This document shows positions 50,724 to 63,900 of a DNA stretch of 64,000 nt, piece after piece. The position numbers and the translations under genes are program-made. Below the pieces are notes generated by a model that was not told where the DNA came from, made no database searches, and was given only the letters and a program-made list of their open reading frames with translations. Source of the stretch: Centroscyllium fabricii (Eukaryota); assembly GCA_051313645.2 (NCBI GenBank), contig JBNRSN020000029.1, positions 19,716,001 through 19,780,000 of the forward strand. The letters run 5' to 3'. The stretch's first letter is position 1. Each line of letters starts with the position of its first letter.

Positions 50724-53700
50724 CGTAAATTTTCGGGTGATTGATTTTTTTTATTTGTTTGTCAATGTGGAGGTGATTGGTAGGTTTGGGTGTGATTACT
50801 CAGTTTGTCATGATGGCCATTTCAGTGCGATTAGTCAGATTGACGTGACTGGACAGTTTGGTGGAGATTGGTCAGATTGTGTTTTATAGGTCAATTTGGG
50901 GTGATTGTTCAGTTTAACGTGTTTGGTCAGCTTGTTTTGATGGATCCGTTTGGAGTTATTTTTCTGTTTGTGGTGTTCTGTCAGTTTATAGTGATTTGTC
51001 AGTTGGGGTGTTTGGACAAATTGGTGTGGTCGGTCAGCTTGTTGTGATTGGTTACTCTGGGGATGATTTGTCAGTTTGAGCTGAAAGGTCAGTTTAGGGT
51101 AATGGGTCCATTTGTGTTCATGACCTGTTTGTGTGAATTTTCAGTTTGTGTTGATGGATCAGTTTGGGGTGATTGATCAATATGTGTTAAAATATCAGTT
51201 CGGGTGAGATTGGTCTGTTTTTGTTGATGTGTCAGTTTGGTTGTCATTGTTCAGTTTATGTTGATGGGTCAGACTGGGGTGATTGGTGAATTTGGGGCGA
51301 TGTGTCACTTTGCGTTTATTGGGCCAGTTTGCGAATAATTGGTCAGTTTGGTGTGATATGTAAGTTTTGGGTTACTGGGTTCATGTGGGAGTGATTGGTG
51401 AGTTTGGTGGCGATTGGTCAGTTTGGCTTGATGTTTCAGTTTGTGGTGATAAATCAGTTTGTGTTGATGTGTCAGTTTGGTGGTGATTGGTCAGTTCATG
51501 CTGATGTGTCAGTTTGGCGTGATTTGTTACTTTGTAGTGACGGATCAGATTGGTCTGATTGTGGTTTCTAGGTCAGTTTGGGGTGATTAGTTAGATTGGG
51601 TTGATTGGTCAGTTTGTGTTGTTGGGTCTATTTGGAATGATTGGTCAGTTTCGGGTATTTGGCAATTTTTGGGGTGAATGACCAGTTTGTGTTTGATTGG
51701 TCAATTTCTGTAGATGGGTCAGTTTCGGGTGATTGATTATTTTTTCTTATTGGTCAGTTTCGGGTGATTGGTCAGTTTGTGTTGATGGGTCAGTTTGAGC
51801 TGATTGGTCTGTTTGAGGTGATGATCAGTTTGCGTTGATTGGCCAGTTTGTGGGTAATCGATCAGTTTGGGTTGATGGGTCAGTTTGGGGGTGATTGGTC
51901 AGTTTGTGTTGATGAGTAAATGTGGGTGTGATGCTTTACCTTGTGTTGATTGGTCAGTGTGAAGGTAATCTGTCAGTTTGCTGTGATTAATCAGTTTATG
52001 TTGATGTGTCGGTTTGTGTTGATGGGTGAGTTTGGGTTGATTGGTCAGTTTGTGTTAATGTGTCGCTTTAGGGCTGCTCGGTCAGTTTGTGTCGATGTCT
52101 CAGTTTGGGGAGATTGGTCAGTTTTTGCTGATGTGTCAGATTGGGGTGATTGGTCAGTTTGTGGATGATTTGTAAGTTTAGGGTGATTGGTCAGATTGGG
52201 ACTGATTGGATAGTTTGTGTTGATGCGTCAGTTTGGTGTGATTGCGGCTGATGGGTCTGTTTGGGGTTGATTGGTCGGTTTAGTGGGATTGGTGAGTTGG
52301 GGAATGATTAGTCCATTTGGGTTCAAGGGTCAGTTTAGGATGATGCATCCATTTTTATTTCTGGTCAGTTTGGGTGATTGGTCAGTTTGTGTTATTGGAT
52401 CAGTTTGGGGTGATTGGTCAGATTTAGGGAGATTGATTTGTTTGAATTGGTTTGCAATGTGGAAGTGATTGGTACGTTTGGGTGTAGTTAGTCAGTTTGT
52501 TTTGATGGTTCTGTTTGTTCTGCTTGATCCATTTGACGTGACTGGTCAGTTTGGGGGAGATTGATCAGTTTGTGTTTTTTAGGTCAATCTGGAGTGATTG
52601 GTCAGTTTCGGGTGTTTGGCCAGCTTGTTTTAATGGGTAAATTTGGATTGCTTTTTCTGTTTGCGGTTTTTTGTCAGTTTGTAGTCATTTGTCAATATGA
52701 GGTGTTTGGGCCATTTGGTCTGGTTGATCTGCTTGGCGTGATTGTATACTCTGGTGATGATTTGTCAGTTTGGGGGTGGAAGGTCAGTTTAGGGTGATGG
52801 GTTCATTTGTGGTATTGATCAGTTTGGGTGAATGGCCAGTTTGTGTTGATGGATCAGTTTGTGGTGATTGGTCAGTTTGGGGGTGATTGCTCATTTTATG
52901 TTAATGTGTCAGATTGGGGGTGATGGTTCAATTTGTGTTGGTTGTTCAGTTTCGGGGTGATGTGTCAACTTGCTCTGATTAATTAGTTTATGTTGATACG
53001 TCATTTTGTGGTGTTTGGTCAGTCTGTGTGTGTGGGCAATTGTGGAGCTGTTCGGTTAGTTTCTATTGATGGGCCATTTGGGGGATGTTGGTCAATCTTT
53101 GTTCATATTTCAGTACGGGGTTAATTGGTCAGTTTTTGTTGATGGGTCAGTTTGCCATAATTGGACAGTTTGGGGTGATGTCACATTTTGCGGGTGTTTG
53201 GTCTGGTTGGGTGTGATTGGTCAGTATTTGTTGATGGGTCAGGGTATTTTTTTTTTAGCGATTTTGGGGTGATGGGTCACTTTGCGTGCATTTGTCAGTT
53301 TGCTGAAAATCGGTGAGATTGCTGTGATGGGTAATTTTGGGGTAATGTGTCCGTGTGGAGATGACTGGACAGTTATGTGGTGTTTGGTCAGATATGGTTT
53401 GATTGGTCAGTTTGACTTGATGTTTCAGTTTCGAGTGATTGGTCAGTTTTCGTTGATGTGTCAGGTTGGGCGTGATTGGTCAGTTCGTGTTGTTGGGTCA
53501 ATTTGGCGTGATTTGTCACTTGGTGGTGGAGGGTCAGTTTGGGGGAGATTGCTCAGTTTGTGGGTTCTAGGTATGCTTGGGGTGATTAGTTATTTCTGGT
53601 TGATGGTCAGTTTTTTTGACGTGTCTATTTGTAAGGATTTGTCAGTTTATGGCGTTTGATCATTTTTGAGTAATTGGCCTGTTTTGGTATGATTGCTCGA

Positions 53701-56656
53701 TTTGGTTTGATGGGTCATTTTTGATGATTGTTCATTTTGGATTATTAGCTCAGTTTGGGGCTGTTGGGTAGTTTTCGGGTGATTGGTGAGTTTGTGTTGA
53801 TGTGTCAGATTGGGGTGATTGGTGAGTTTGAGGTGATTGGTCAGTTTGCGTTGATTGGCCATTTTGTTGGTTACAGATCAGTTTGGGTTGATGCATCAGT
53901 TTGGGGGCTATTGGTCAGTTTGCGCTGATGAGTCAATTTGAGGGTGATCGTTCACTTTGTGTTGATTGGTCAGTTTGAGGGTGATGTGTCAGTTTGATGT
54001 GATTAATCAGTTTATGCTGCTGGGACATTTTGGGTTGATTGGTCTGTTTGTGTAAATGGTTCATTTTGCGGCTGCTTGGTCAGTTTGTTTCGATGGGTCA
54101 GTATGAGGAGATTGGTTATTTTTAACTGATATTTCAGTTTGAGGTGATTGATCAGTTTGGGGATGATTGTTCAGTTTGGGGTGCTTGTTCAGTTTGGGGT
54201 GATTGTTCAGTTTTGGGGTGATTGGTCAGATTGGGTTGATGGGTCGGTTTGGCATGATTTGTCAGTTTGTGGTTACGGGTCAGTTTGGGGTTGATTGGTC
54301 AGTTTGGTGTGATTGGTCAGTTTGGGAATGATTAGTCAATTTGTGGCGTAGTGTCGGTTTAGGGCGATGGGTCCATTATTGTTTATGGTCAGTTTGGGTG
54401 CTTGGCCAGTTTGTGTTGTTGGATCAGTTTGGGGTGATTCGTGAGTTTAAGGTTGATTGGTTTGTGTATATTGGTTTGTCAATGTAAAGGTGATTGTTAA
54501 GTTTGGGGGTGATTATTCAGTTTGTTTTGATGGGTCATTTTGTTGTGATTGGACAGTTTCCCGTGACTGGTCATTTTGGTGGAGATTGGTCAGTTTGTGT
54601 TTAATAGGTCAATTTGTGGTGATTGGTCATTTGGGGGGTTTCGTCAGTTTGTTCTGATGGGTCCTTTTTGAGTGATTTTGTCTTTTCGGTGTTTTGTAAG
54701 TTTATAGTTCATTTGTCAGTTTGGGGTGTTCAGACAATTTGGTCTGGTTGGTCTGCTTGGTGTGATTGGTGAGTCTGGGGCCGATTTGTCAGTTTGAGCT
54801 GAAAGGTCAATTTAGGGTGATGGATCCATTTGTGTTGATAATCAGTTTGGGTTACTTGTCAGTTTGTGTTGATGGGTCAGTTTGGGGTGATTGATGAATA
54901 TATGTTAAAATATCAGTCTGGGTGAGATTGGCCCGTTTTTATTGATGTGTCAGTTTTGTGTTATTTATCAGTTTTAGTTGATGGGTCAGACTGGGGCGAT
55001 TGGTGATTTTGGGGTGATATGTCATTTTGCGTGTTTTGCTCCAGTTTGAGAATAGTGTGTCAGTATATTGTGATGGGTAAGTCTTCAAGTAATGGGACAA
55101 TGTGGGAGTGATTGGTCGGTTTGCGGGTGATTGGTCAGTTTAGCTTGATGGTTTAATTTGGGGTGATATATCAGCTGTGTTGATATGTCAGTTTGGGGGC
55201 GATATAGCAGTTTGTTTTGTGTCATTTTGGGGGTGATTGGTCAGTTCGTGTTGACGTGTTAGTTTGGTGTGATTTTTCAGTTTGTAGTGACGGGTCAAAT
55301 TGGGGGAGATTGGCCTGATTGTGGGTTCTTGGTCAGTTTGGGATGATATGTTATATTGTGTAGATTGGTCAGTTTGTGTTGATGGGTCTATTTGGAATGA
55401 TTGGTCAGTATAGGATATTTCGTAATTTTGGGGTGATTGACCAGGTTGGGTTTGATTGATCCATTCTGGTAATTGGTCAGTTTCGGGTGTTGTTCAATTT
55501 GTCGTATTTGGTCAGTTCCGGATGATTTGTTAGTTTGTGTTGATGAGGTATTTTGGTGTGATTGCTCTGTTTGAGATGATTAGTCAGTATGCATCGATTG
55601 GACAGTTTGTGGGTAATGGATTAGCTGGTGTTGAATATCAGATTGGGGGTAAATTGTCAGTTAGTGTTTATGATGGTTCACTTTGTGTTGATTGGTCTGT
55701 TTGAAGGTGATGTGTCAGTTTGCTGTGATTAATCGGTTTGTGTTGTTGTGTCGGTTTGGGTTGATGGGTCTGTTTGGGTGGATTGGTCAGTTTGAGTTGA
55801 TGGGTCGCTAATATGCTGCCTGGTCAGTTTGTGTCGACGAGTCAGTTTGGGGAGATTGGTCAGTGTTTGCTGATGTGTCAGATTGCAGTTGTTGGTCAGT
55901 TTGCTGATGATTGGTCGGTTTAGGGTGATTGATCAGTTTGGGTGTGATTGGCGAGTTTGAGTTGATGGGTCAGTTTCGCGTGATTGGTGTGTTTGGTCTG
56001 ACGGTTCGGTTTGGGGCTGATTGGTCAGTTTGGTGTGATTGGTCTGTTTGGAAATGATTAGGCAATTTGGGTTGAAGGGTCATTTTAGGCTGATGCATCC
56101 ATTTTTATTTTGGTCAGTTTGGGTGTTTGGTCAGCTTGTGTTGTTGGATAAGTTTGGGGTGATTGGTCAATTTGAGGGTGATTGATTTGTTTGGATTGAT
56201 TTGCCAATATGGAGGTGATTGGTAAGTTTGGGTGTGATTAGTCAGTTTGTTTTGATGGGTCAATTTGTTGTGCATTGTCAGTTTGACATGACTGGTCAGT
56301 ATGGGGGAAATTGTTCAGTTTGTGTTTTATAGGTCAATTTGGAGTGATTGGTCAGTTTGGTGTGTTTGGGCAGTTTCCGTTGATGGGTGAGTTTGGAGTG
56401 TTTTTTCTGTTTGCGGTGATTTGTCAGTTTGTAGTGATTTGTCAGTTTGAGGTGTTTGGACAATTTGGTCTGGTTGTTCTGCATGGTATGATTGTTTAGT
56501 CTGGTGATGATTTGTCAGTTTGTGGGTGAAAGGTCAGTTTAGGGTGATGGGTTCATTTGTGTTGTGATCAGTTTGGGTGAATGGCCAGTTGGTGTTGATG
56601 GATCAGTTTGGGGTGATTGGTCATTTTGCGGGTGATTGCTCAGTTTTTGTTAAAAT

Positions 56657-57500
56657 GCCAGAAATTCTGGTTTGCCGGTTGGAGGGCAACTTGGACCATG
56701 CGGAGCACTAACGAAGCCCAGCAAGATCGGAGGTTTTTTCTCTCAAAACTTGCGATTGGCTCCGCCCCCTTCGTTCGCAACGTGGCAGTCCAGCCACGTT
56801 ACGTGCGAAGTGTAAGCCCCGCCCACAGATCCCAAATGTAAATAGAAAACGCCCACCAGATCCCTAATTTAAATGCCGAGATCCCGAGTCGGACTTTAAT
56901 AAGAGCAGGTAAGTGCGGAGCTGCATAACAAAATCGCGGGGAGCAGCGCGGGGGCACAGCAGCAGCTCAGAGGAAGAAACGGCAGGTAAGAAAAGCCATT
57001 TTTTCTCCGTAGATTTTTTAAATTTTAAAATTAGCTAGAGAGTTAAAAATTTCACAAATGTAACTTTAAAAATTACCGATTTCAAACAGGTAAATTAACT
57101 TAAAATTGGATTTGTTAATTTTTAAAAAAAACTTTAACATAATAATTTAACGTTACCGATCTGGCCACACTACTCCCAAAAACTGTAAAAAAATAAAATT
57201 AAAGGTAAAAAATTACCTTACCTTGCTTAAGAACGTTTCTCTCTACCTCACCACCGAGTTACTCAAGCTTTTCTCAAGTGCATCTGTGGGCTCCGTTGCC
57301 CGCAGAATCACTGAAAAAAATGACCCTTTTTGACCTTTTTTGAATCCGAAGTTTCGGGTGCAACTCATTCCTGGGCGTCATGCTGAGGGCCCTTTTCCCT
57401 CATCATCGGAAGTTTTGGATCCGTGGGCATCTCGGATCCGTGGGCATTTTTCGTGGGCATCGCCGTGGGCATCGGCTTTATGTACCCGAATTTCTGGCCC
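56657..57500. mobile_element. Harbinger-type MITE inserted in the satellite
   Basis: GCCAGAAATTC / GAATTTCTGGCCC TIRs; AAT on both flanks; four subterminal CGTGGGCAT repeats at ~57422-57472. Confidence 0.85.
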
Positions 57501-60164
57501 AATATGTCAGCTTGGCTGTGATGGTTCAGTTTGTGTTGGTTGTTGAGTTTGGGGGTGATGCGTCAGCGTGCTCTGATTCATACATTTATGTTGATTGGTC
57601 AGTTTGGGGTGGATGTTCAGTTTGTGTGGGTGGTTTATTGTGTGGCTCATGGGTTAGTTTGTATTTATGGGCCAGTTTGGGGGACGTTGTCCAGTTTTTG
57701 TTGATGTATCAGTATGATGTTGATTGGTCAGTTTTAGTTGAATCGTCAGTTTGCGGTGATTGGACAGTTTGGGGTGATGGGTCATTTTGCAGGTGTTTGG
57801 TCAGGATGGGTGTAATTGGTCAGTTTGTGTTTATGGTTCACAGTGGGGTGATTGGTTAATTTGGGGTGATGTGTCACTTTGCATGCATTTGTTCAGTTTG
57901 CTGATAATCGGTCAGATTTTTGTGATGGGTAATTCTTGGGGTAATGGGTCCCTATGTTGATGATTGGTCAGTTTAAGGGTGATTGGTGAGTTAGGGTTTG
58001 ATTGGTCAGTTTGTCTTGATGTGTCAGTTTGGGTGTGATTGGTCAGTTCGTGTTGATGGGTCAGTTTGGCATGATCTGTCACTTTGTGTTGACCGGTTAG
58101 TTTGAAGGAGATTGCTCAGATTGTGAGTTCTAGGTCAATTTGTGGTGATTAGTTAATTTTGGTTGATTGGTCAGTTTGTGTAGATGGGTCTATTTGAAAG
58201 AATTGTTAAGTTTAGGGCGTTTGTTCATTTTGGGGTAATTGGCCATTTTGGTATGATTGCTCGATTTGTGTTGACGAGGCATTTTGGATGATTTTTCATT
58301 TTGGCTTGTTAGCTCAGTTGGGGGTGGTTGGTGAGTTTCGGGTGATTGGTCAGTTTGTGCTGATGTGTCAGTTTGGGCTGATTGGTCAGTTTGAGGTGAT
58401 TGGACATTTTGCGTTGTTTGGCCATTTTGTGGGTGATGGATCATTTTGTGTTGATGGGTCATTTTGGGGCTATTGTTCTGTTTGTGTTTGCTGAGTCCAT
58501 TTGGGCGTAATGGTTCACTTTGTGTTGATTGATCAGTTTGAGGGTGTTGTGTCATTTTGCTGTCATTAATCAGTTTATGCTGATGGGTCATTTTGGGTTG
58601 ATTGGTCAGTTTGTGTAAGTGGGTCATTTTGGGGCTGCTTGGTCAGTTTCTGTAGATGGGTCATTTTGGGGTGATTGGTTATTTTTAGTTGATATTTAAT
58701 ATTGGGGTGATTGATCAGTTCGGGGCTGATTCGTCATTTAGGGGTGATTTTTCAGTTTGGGGTGATTGGTCATTTTGTATTGATGGATCTGTTTGGGGAA
58801 GATTGGTCAGTTTGGTTTTCTTGGCCAGATTGGGAATGATTAACAATTTGTGGTGAAGCGTGCGTTTTGGGTATGGATCCATTTGTGTTTATGGTCAGTT
58901 TGGGTGATTGGTCAGTTTGTGTTGTTGAATCAGTTTGGAGTGATTGGTCAGTTTGACGGAAATTGATTTGTTTGGGTTGGTTTGTCAATGTGGGGGAGAT
59001 TAGTAAGTTGGGTGTGATTAATCAGTTTGTTTTGATGGGTCAATTTGGTGTGATTGGTCAGGTTGACGTGACTGGTCCGTTTGGGGGAAAAGGTTCAGTT
59101 TGTGGTTTTAGGTCAATTTGGGGTGTTTGGTCAGTTTGGGATGTTTGGTCAGTTTGTTTTGATGAATCAGTTTGGAATATTTGTTCTGTTTGCGTTGTTT
59201 TGTCAGTTTGTATTGATTTACCAATTTGCAGTGTTTGGACAAATTGTTCTGGTTTGTCTGCTTGCTGACATTGGTAAGTCTGGGGATGAGATGTCAGTTA
59301 AGGATAAAGGTCAGTTTAGGGTGATGGGTCAATTGTGTTGAAGATCAGTTTCTGTGATCGGTCAGTTTGAGTTTAATTGTTCGGTTTGGCGTGATTGGAC
59401 AGTTGCGGGTGATTGGTCTGTTCGGGTTGATTGGGCAGTTTGTGGGTGATGTGTCAGTTTGTGTGATGAGTCAGTTTGCAGTGATTCGTCTGTTTGCTGT
59501 GTTCTGTCAGTTTGTAGTGATTTGTCAGTTTGCAGGTTTGGTCAATTGGGCTGATTCGTCTGCTGGTTGTGATCGGTTATTCTGTGGAAGATTGGTCAGT
59601 TTGGGGTGAAGGGTCAGTTTAGTGTGATGGGTCTATCTGTGTTGATGATCAGTTTGGGTGAATGGTCTGTTTGAGTTGATGGATCAGCTTCGGGTGATTG
59701 GTCAGTTGCGGGTGATTGGTCTGTTTGGGTTGATTGGGCAGTTTGTGGGTGATGTGTCAGTTTGTGTTGAGGGGTCAGTTTGCAGTGATTCATCTGTTTG
59801 CGGTGTTTTTCAGTTTGTAGTGATTTGTCAGTTTGCGTGTTTGTTCAATTGGGTCTGATTGGTCTGCTTGGTGTGATCTGTTAGTCTGTGGGTGATTGGT
59901 CAGTTTGGGGAGAAGGGTCAGTTTAGGGTGATGGGTCTATTTGAGTTGATGATCAGTTTTGGCGAACGGTCTGTCTGTGTTGATGGATCAGTATATGGTG
60001 ATTGGTCAGTTTTCGCGTGTTTGGTCAGTTTGTGTTGATGGGTCAGCGTCAGTTGATTGGTCAGTTTAGTGATGATGGATCAGTTTGTTTTGATGGATTA
60101 GTTTAGCGGTGGTTGATCACTTTGTGTTGATGAACCAGTTTGGGTGTGATGGCTCCGGTTAGTT

Positions 60165-60240
60165 ATGACAATAGACATTTACGGCACTTGAACAGGCCAG
60201 CCGGCCTACAAGTCGTGCCGCCCGATCCATGGATCAATTT
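60165..60240 (-). mobile_element. Very short CR1-type 3'-end fragment in the satellite
   Basis: ACGGCAC..AGGCC..CGGCC..GTCGTGCCGCCC resembles the CR1 3' hairpin at 61001-61045. Confidence 0.5.
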
Positions 60241-60970
60241 CGATTGATTTGTCAGTTTGGGGATGATTTGTCAGTTTGGGGCGAGGAGTCAGTTTAGAGT
60301 GTTTGGTCCATTTGACTTAATGCTCGCTTTGGATGTTTGGTCAGTTTGTGTTGATGCATCAGTTTGTGGTGATTGGTCAGTTTGCGGGTGATTGGTCAGT
60401 GTGCTTTGATCTTTCAGGTTGTGGCTGATCGGTTGGTTGATTTGTGATTGATCAGTTTGCTATAATGGGTTAGTTTGGACCGATTGGTCAGTTTGGGGTG
60501 TTTGGCCAGTTTTGGGTGATGAGGCAGTTTGGAGTGATTTGTCAATTTGGGGAGAAGGTCAATTTGTTGTGATTGGTCAGTTTGTGTCCCTGGGTCAATT
60601 TGGGGTGATTGGTAGGTAAGGCGTGTTTTTTCAGTTTGGGGTAAATACTCAGTTTGGGGAGAATGGTAAGTTTAGGGTCATGTTTCCCTTTGTATTGATG
60701 GACAATTTGGTAATTGGTCAGTTTGTGTTGATGGATCAGTTTGATTGTTTGATCAGTGTAGACGTGATTGGTGAGTTTCGGAATGATTAGTCAGTTTCTT
60801 TTGATGGTTCATTTTGTGGATGTTTGGATCGTTTGGTGGGGATTGGTCAGTTTCTGTTAATGGGCCAGTTTGGCAGGGTTTGTCACTTTGGTGTGACGGG
60901 TCACTTTGTCGGAGATTGGTCAGTTTGTGTGTTATTGGTCAGTTTGAGGTTGTTGGTCAGTTTGTGTAAG

Positions 60971-63900
60971 AGTCATATTGTCATAGAGTCATAGAGTCAT
61001 ACAGCACAGAAAGAGGCCCTTCGGCCCATCACGTCATGCCGCCCATCCAAACCTGGTCTATTCTAATCCCACGTTCCTGCATTTGGACCGTATCCTTGAA
61101 TGTTGTAACCTTTCAAGTGTACATAAAAATGCTTTTTGAACGTTGTGACTGTTCCCGCCTCTACCACCCTTTCAGGAAGTGAGTTCCAGACTCCAACCAC
61201 CCTCTGGGTGAAAACGTTCTTCCTCACAACCCCCCAAAACCTCATGCCTCTCACCCTATATCCATGCCCCCTCGTGATTGACCCTTCCACCAATGGAAAA
61301 AGCTCCCCGCCATCCACCCTATCTATTCCCCTCATGATTTTGTACACCTCAATCATGTCCCCTATCAGACTCCTCTGCTCCAAAGAAAACAACACCAGCC
61401 TGTCCAGCCTCTCTTCATAGCTGAGGCTCGCCATCCCCGGCAGCATCCTGGTGAATCTCCTCTGCACCCTCTCCAAAGCTATCACATCTTTCCTATAGTG
61501 TGGCGACCAGAACTGCACAAAATACTCCAGCTGCGGTCTCAAGAGAGTTTTGTACAGCTCCATCATCACCTAATTACTTTTATATTCTATGCCACTGCTA
61601 ATGAAGGCAAGTATCCAATATGCCTTCTTGACCACCCTCCCCACCTGCCCTGCTGCCTTGAAGGGCTTGTGTACCTGTACAACAATGTCCCTCTGATCAT
61701 CTGTCTTCCCTAGAGTCCTACCATTCATGGTGTAATCCCACTCCATGTTAGTCCTGCCAAAATGCATCACTTCGCACTTTTCAGGGTTAAATTCAATTTG
61801 CCACAGTTCCGCCCATCTGACCAGCTCCTCTATATCCCCCTGCAGCCTGCAGATCTCTTCCTCACTATTTACCACCTCTCCTATCTTCGTGTAATCTGCA
61901 AACTTGCTGATCATGCGTTTTACGATGATATCCAAATCATTAATATAGATTACAAACAGGAAGGGAACCAAAACCGATCCCTGCGGTACCCCACTGGACA
62001 CCGGCCTCCAGTCACAAAAGCAGCATTCGACCATCACCCTCTGCCTTCTGTCACCAAGCCAGTTTTGGATCCATTGTGCCAAGGTGCTCTGGATCCCATG
62101 GGCACCTACCTTGTTAATAGTCTCCTATGCGGGACATTATCAAAAGTCTTATTAAAATCCATGTAGACCACATCAACTGCACTACCCACATCCACATACT
62201 TGGTCACCCCTTCAAAAAATTCAATCAATTTAGTCAGACACGATCTTCACTTGACAAAACCATGTTGACTATCCTTAATTAATCCCCTGACTCTCCAAGT
62301 GAAGACTGATTTTGACCCTCATAGAAACATAGAAACATAGAAAATAGGTGCAGGAGAAGACCATTCGGTCCGTCGAGCCTGCACCGCAATTCAATTCGCT
62401 CATGGCTGAACACAAGAACACAAGAACAGAAGACACAAGAACACAGGAACACAAGAACACAAGAACCCCATAAATAGGAGCAGGAGTAGGCCAATCGGCC
62501 CCCCGAGCCCGCCCCCTCACCCATCAAGATCATTGCTGATCCTACCCTAACCTTCGTACCACTATCACCCTTCTCCCACCCAAAGAACCGTGTGATTTCC
62601 TGGGAGAGGCGAAAAACCGGATAAAAACCCTGGTCCAATTTGGGAAAAAAATCCGGGAAATTCCTCTCCCACCCCAATCCAGGCGATCGAAACTTGTCCA
62701 GGAGATCACTGAGGTCTCACTATACTAACCATAACTCAGGTCCACTTCCCTGCCCGCTCCCCGTAACCCCTAATTCCCTTGTCTGCTAAAAAACAGTCTA
62801 TTTCGGTTTTACATTTATTTAATGTTCCCGCTTCCACAGCTCCCTGAGGCAGTGAATTCCATAGATTAGCCACCCTCTGGGTGAAGAAGTTTCTCCTCAT
62901 CTCAGTTTTAAAAGAGCCCCCCCTTATTCTAAGACTATGCCCCCTAGTTCTAGTCTCCTCGATCATTGGAAACATCCTTGGCGCATCCACCCGATCAAGG
63001 CCCCTCACGATCTTATACGTTTCAATAAGATCGCCTCTCATTCTTCTGAACTCTAAAGAGTAGAGTCCCAACCTACTTAACCTTTCCTCATATGTCAACC
63101 CCCTCATCGCTGGAATTGTTTCTAGTAGCTTCCCCACCACCGATGTCAGGCTCACCAGCCTGTAGTTCCCTGGTTTTTCCCTATTGCCTTTCTTAAATAA
63201 TTGTACCATTTTGGCTATCCTCTAGGCCTCCGGCACATCCCGTGTTGCAAGAGAGATTCTGAAAATTTGTGTCAGAGCCCCTGCAATCTCTTCCCTTGCC
63301 TCCCTCAGCATCCTGGGATACATCTCGTCAGGACCTGGGGAGTTATCTACTTTTAAGCCCGCTAGAACCGCTAGTACCTTTTCCCTGTCAATACTAATAT
63401 GATCAAGTATATCGCATCTCTCCTGTCCTATTTCAATGTCTGTATCGCCCCTCTCCATCGTAAAAACAGATGCAAAAAATTCATTCAATACCCCACCTAC
63501 ATCTTCTGGGTCCACACACACCTTCTCGCTTTGGTCCCTGATGGGCCCCACTCTTTCGCTCGTTATTCTTTTACCCTTAATATACTTATAAAACACTTTG
63601 GGATTATCTTTTATTTTGCCCGCTAGTGTTGTCTCGTGGCCCCTCTTTGCTCTCCTAATTTCTTTTTTTAAGAACAACCCTACACCTTCTATATTCCTCT
63701 AAACTCACCTGTGACTTTAGTTCTTTATGCCGTCCAAAAGCCCCTCTTTGTTTCCGAATCAATTTTAGTATATCGCTCAACATCCAAGGCTCCCTGGCCT
63801 TATTTGTCCCACCCTTTACCTTTTGGGGAACATGTTTCCTTTGTACTTTTTCAATTTCTTCTTTGAACGCCCCCCACTGTTCTGAAGCAGTCTTTCCTAC

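Larger units (their letters stand above)
44521..60970. repeat. ~16.4-kb satellite of a diverged 18(-19)-bp unit, consensus GGTGATTGGTCAGTTTG(G/T), with higher-order structure
   Basis: Alternating units such as GGTGATTGGTCAGTTTGT and GTTGATGGGTCAGTTTGG throughout; strongly G+T-biased plus strand. Confidence 0.97.

Noticed and set aside
44706-59858. Dozens of short ORFs (VIGQF.. / KLTNH.. repeats) in the satellite
   Set aside because: Artefact of an 18-bp unit (a multiple of 3) with biased composition; frames break constantly and there is no gene structure.
44521-60970. CRISPR-like or telomeric interpretation of the repeat array
   Set aside because: No constant repeat with unique spacers, no cas genes, eukaryotic context, and the unit is not TTAGGG.
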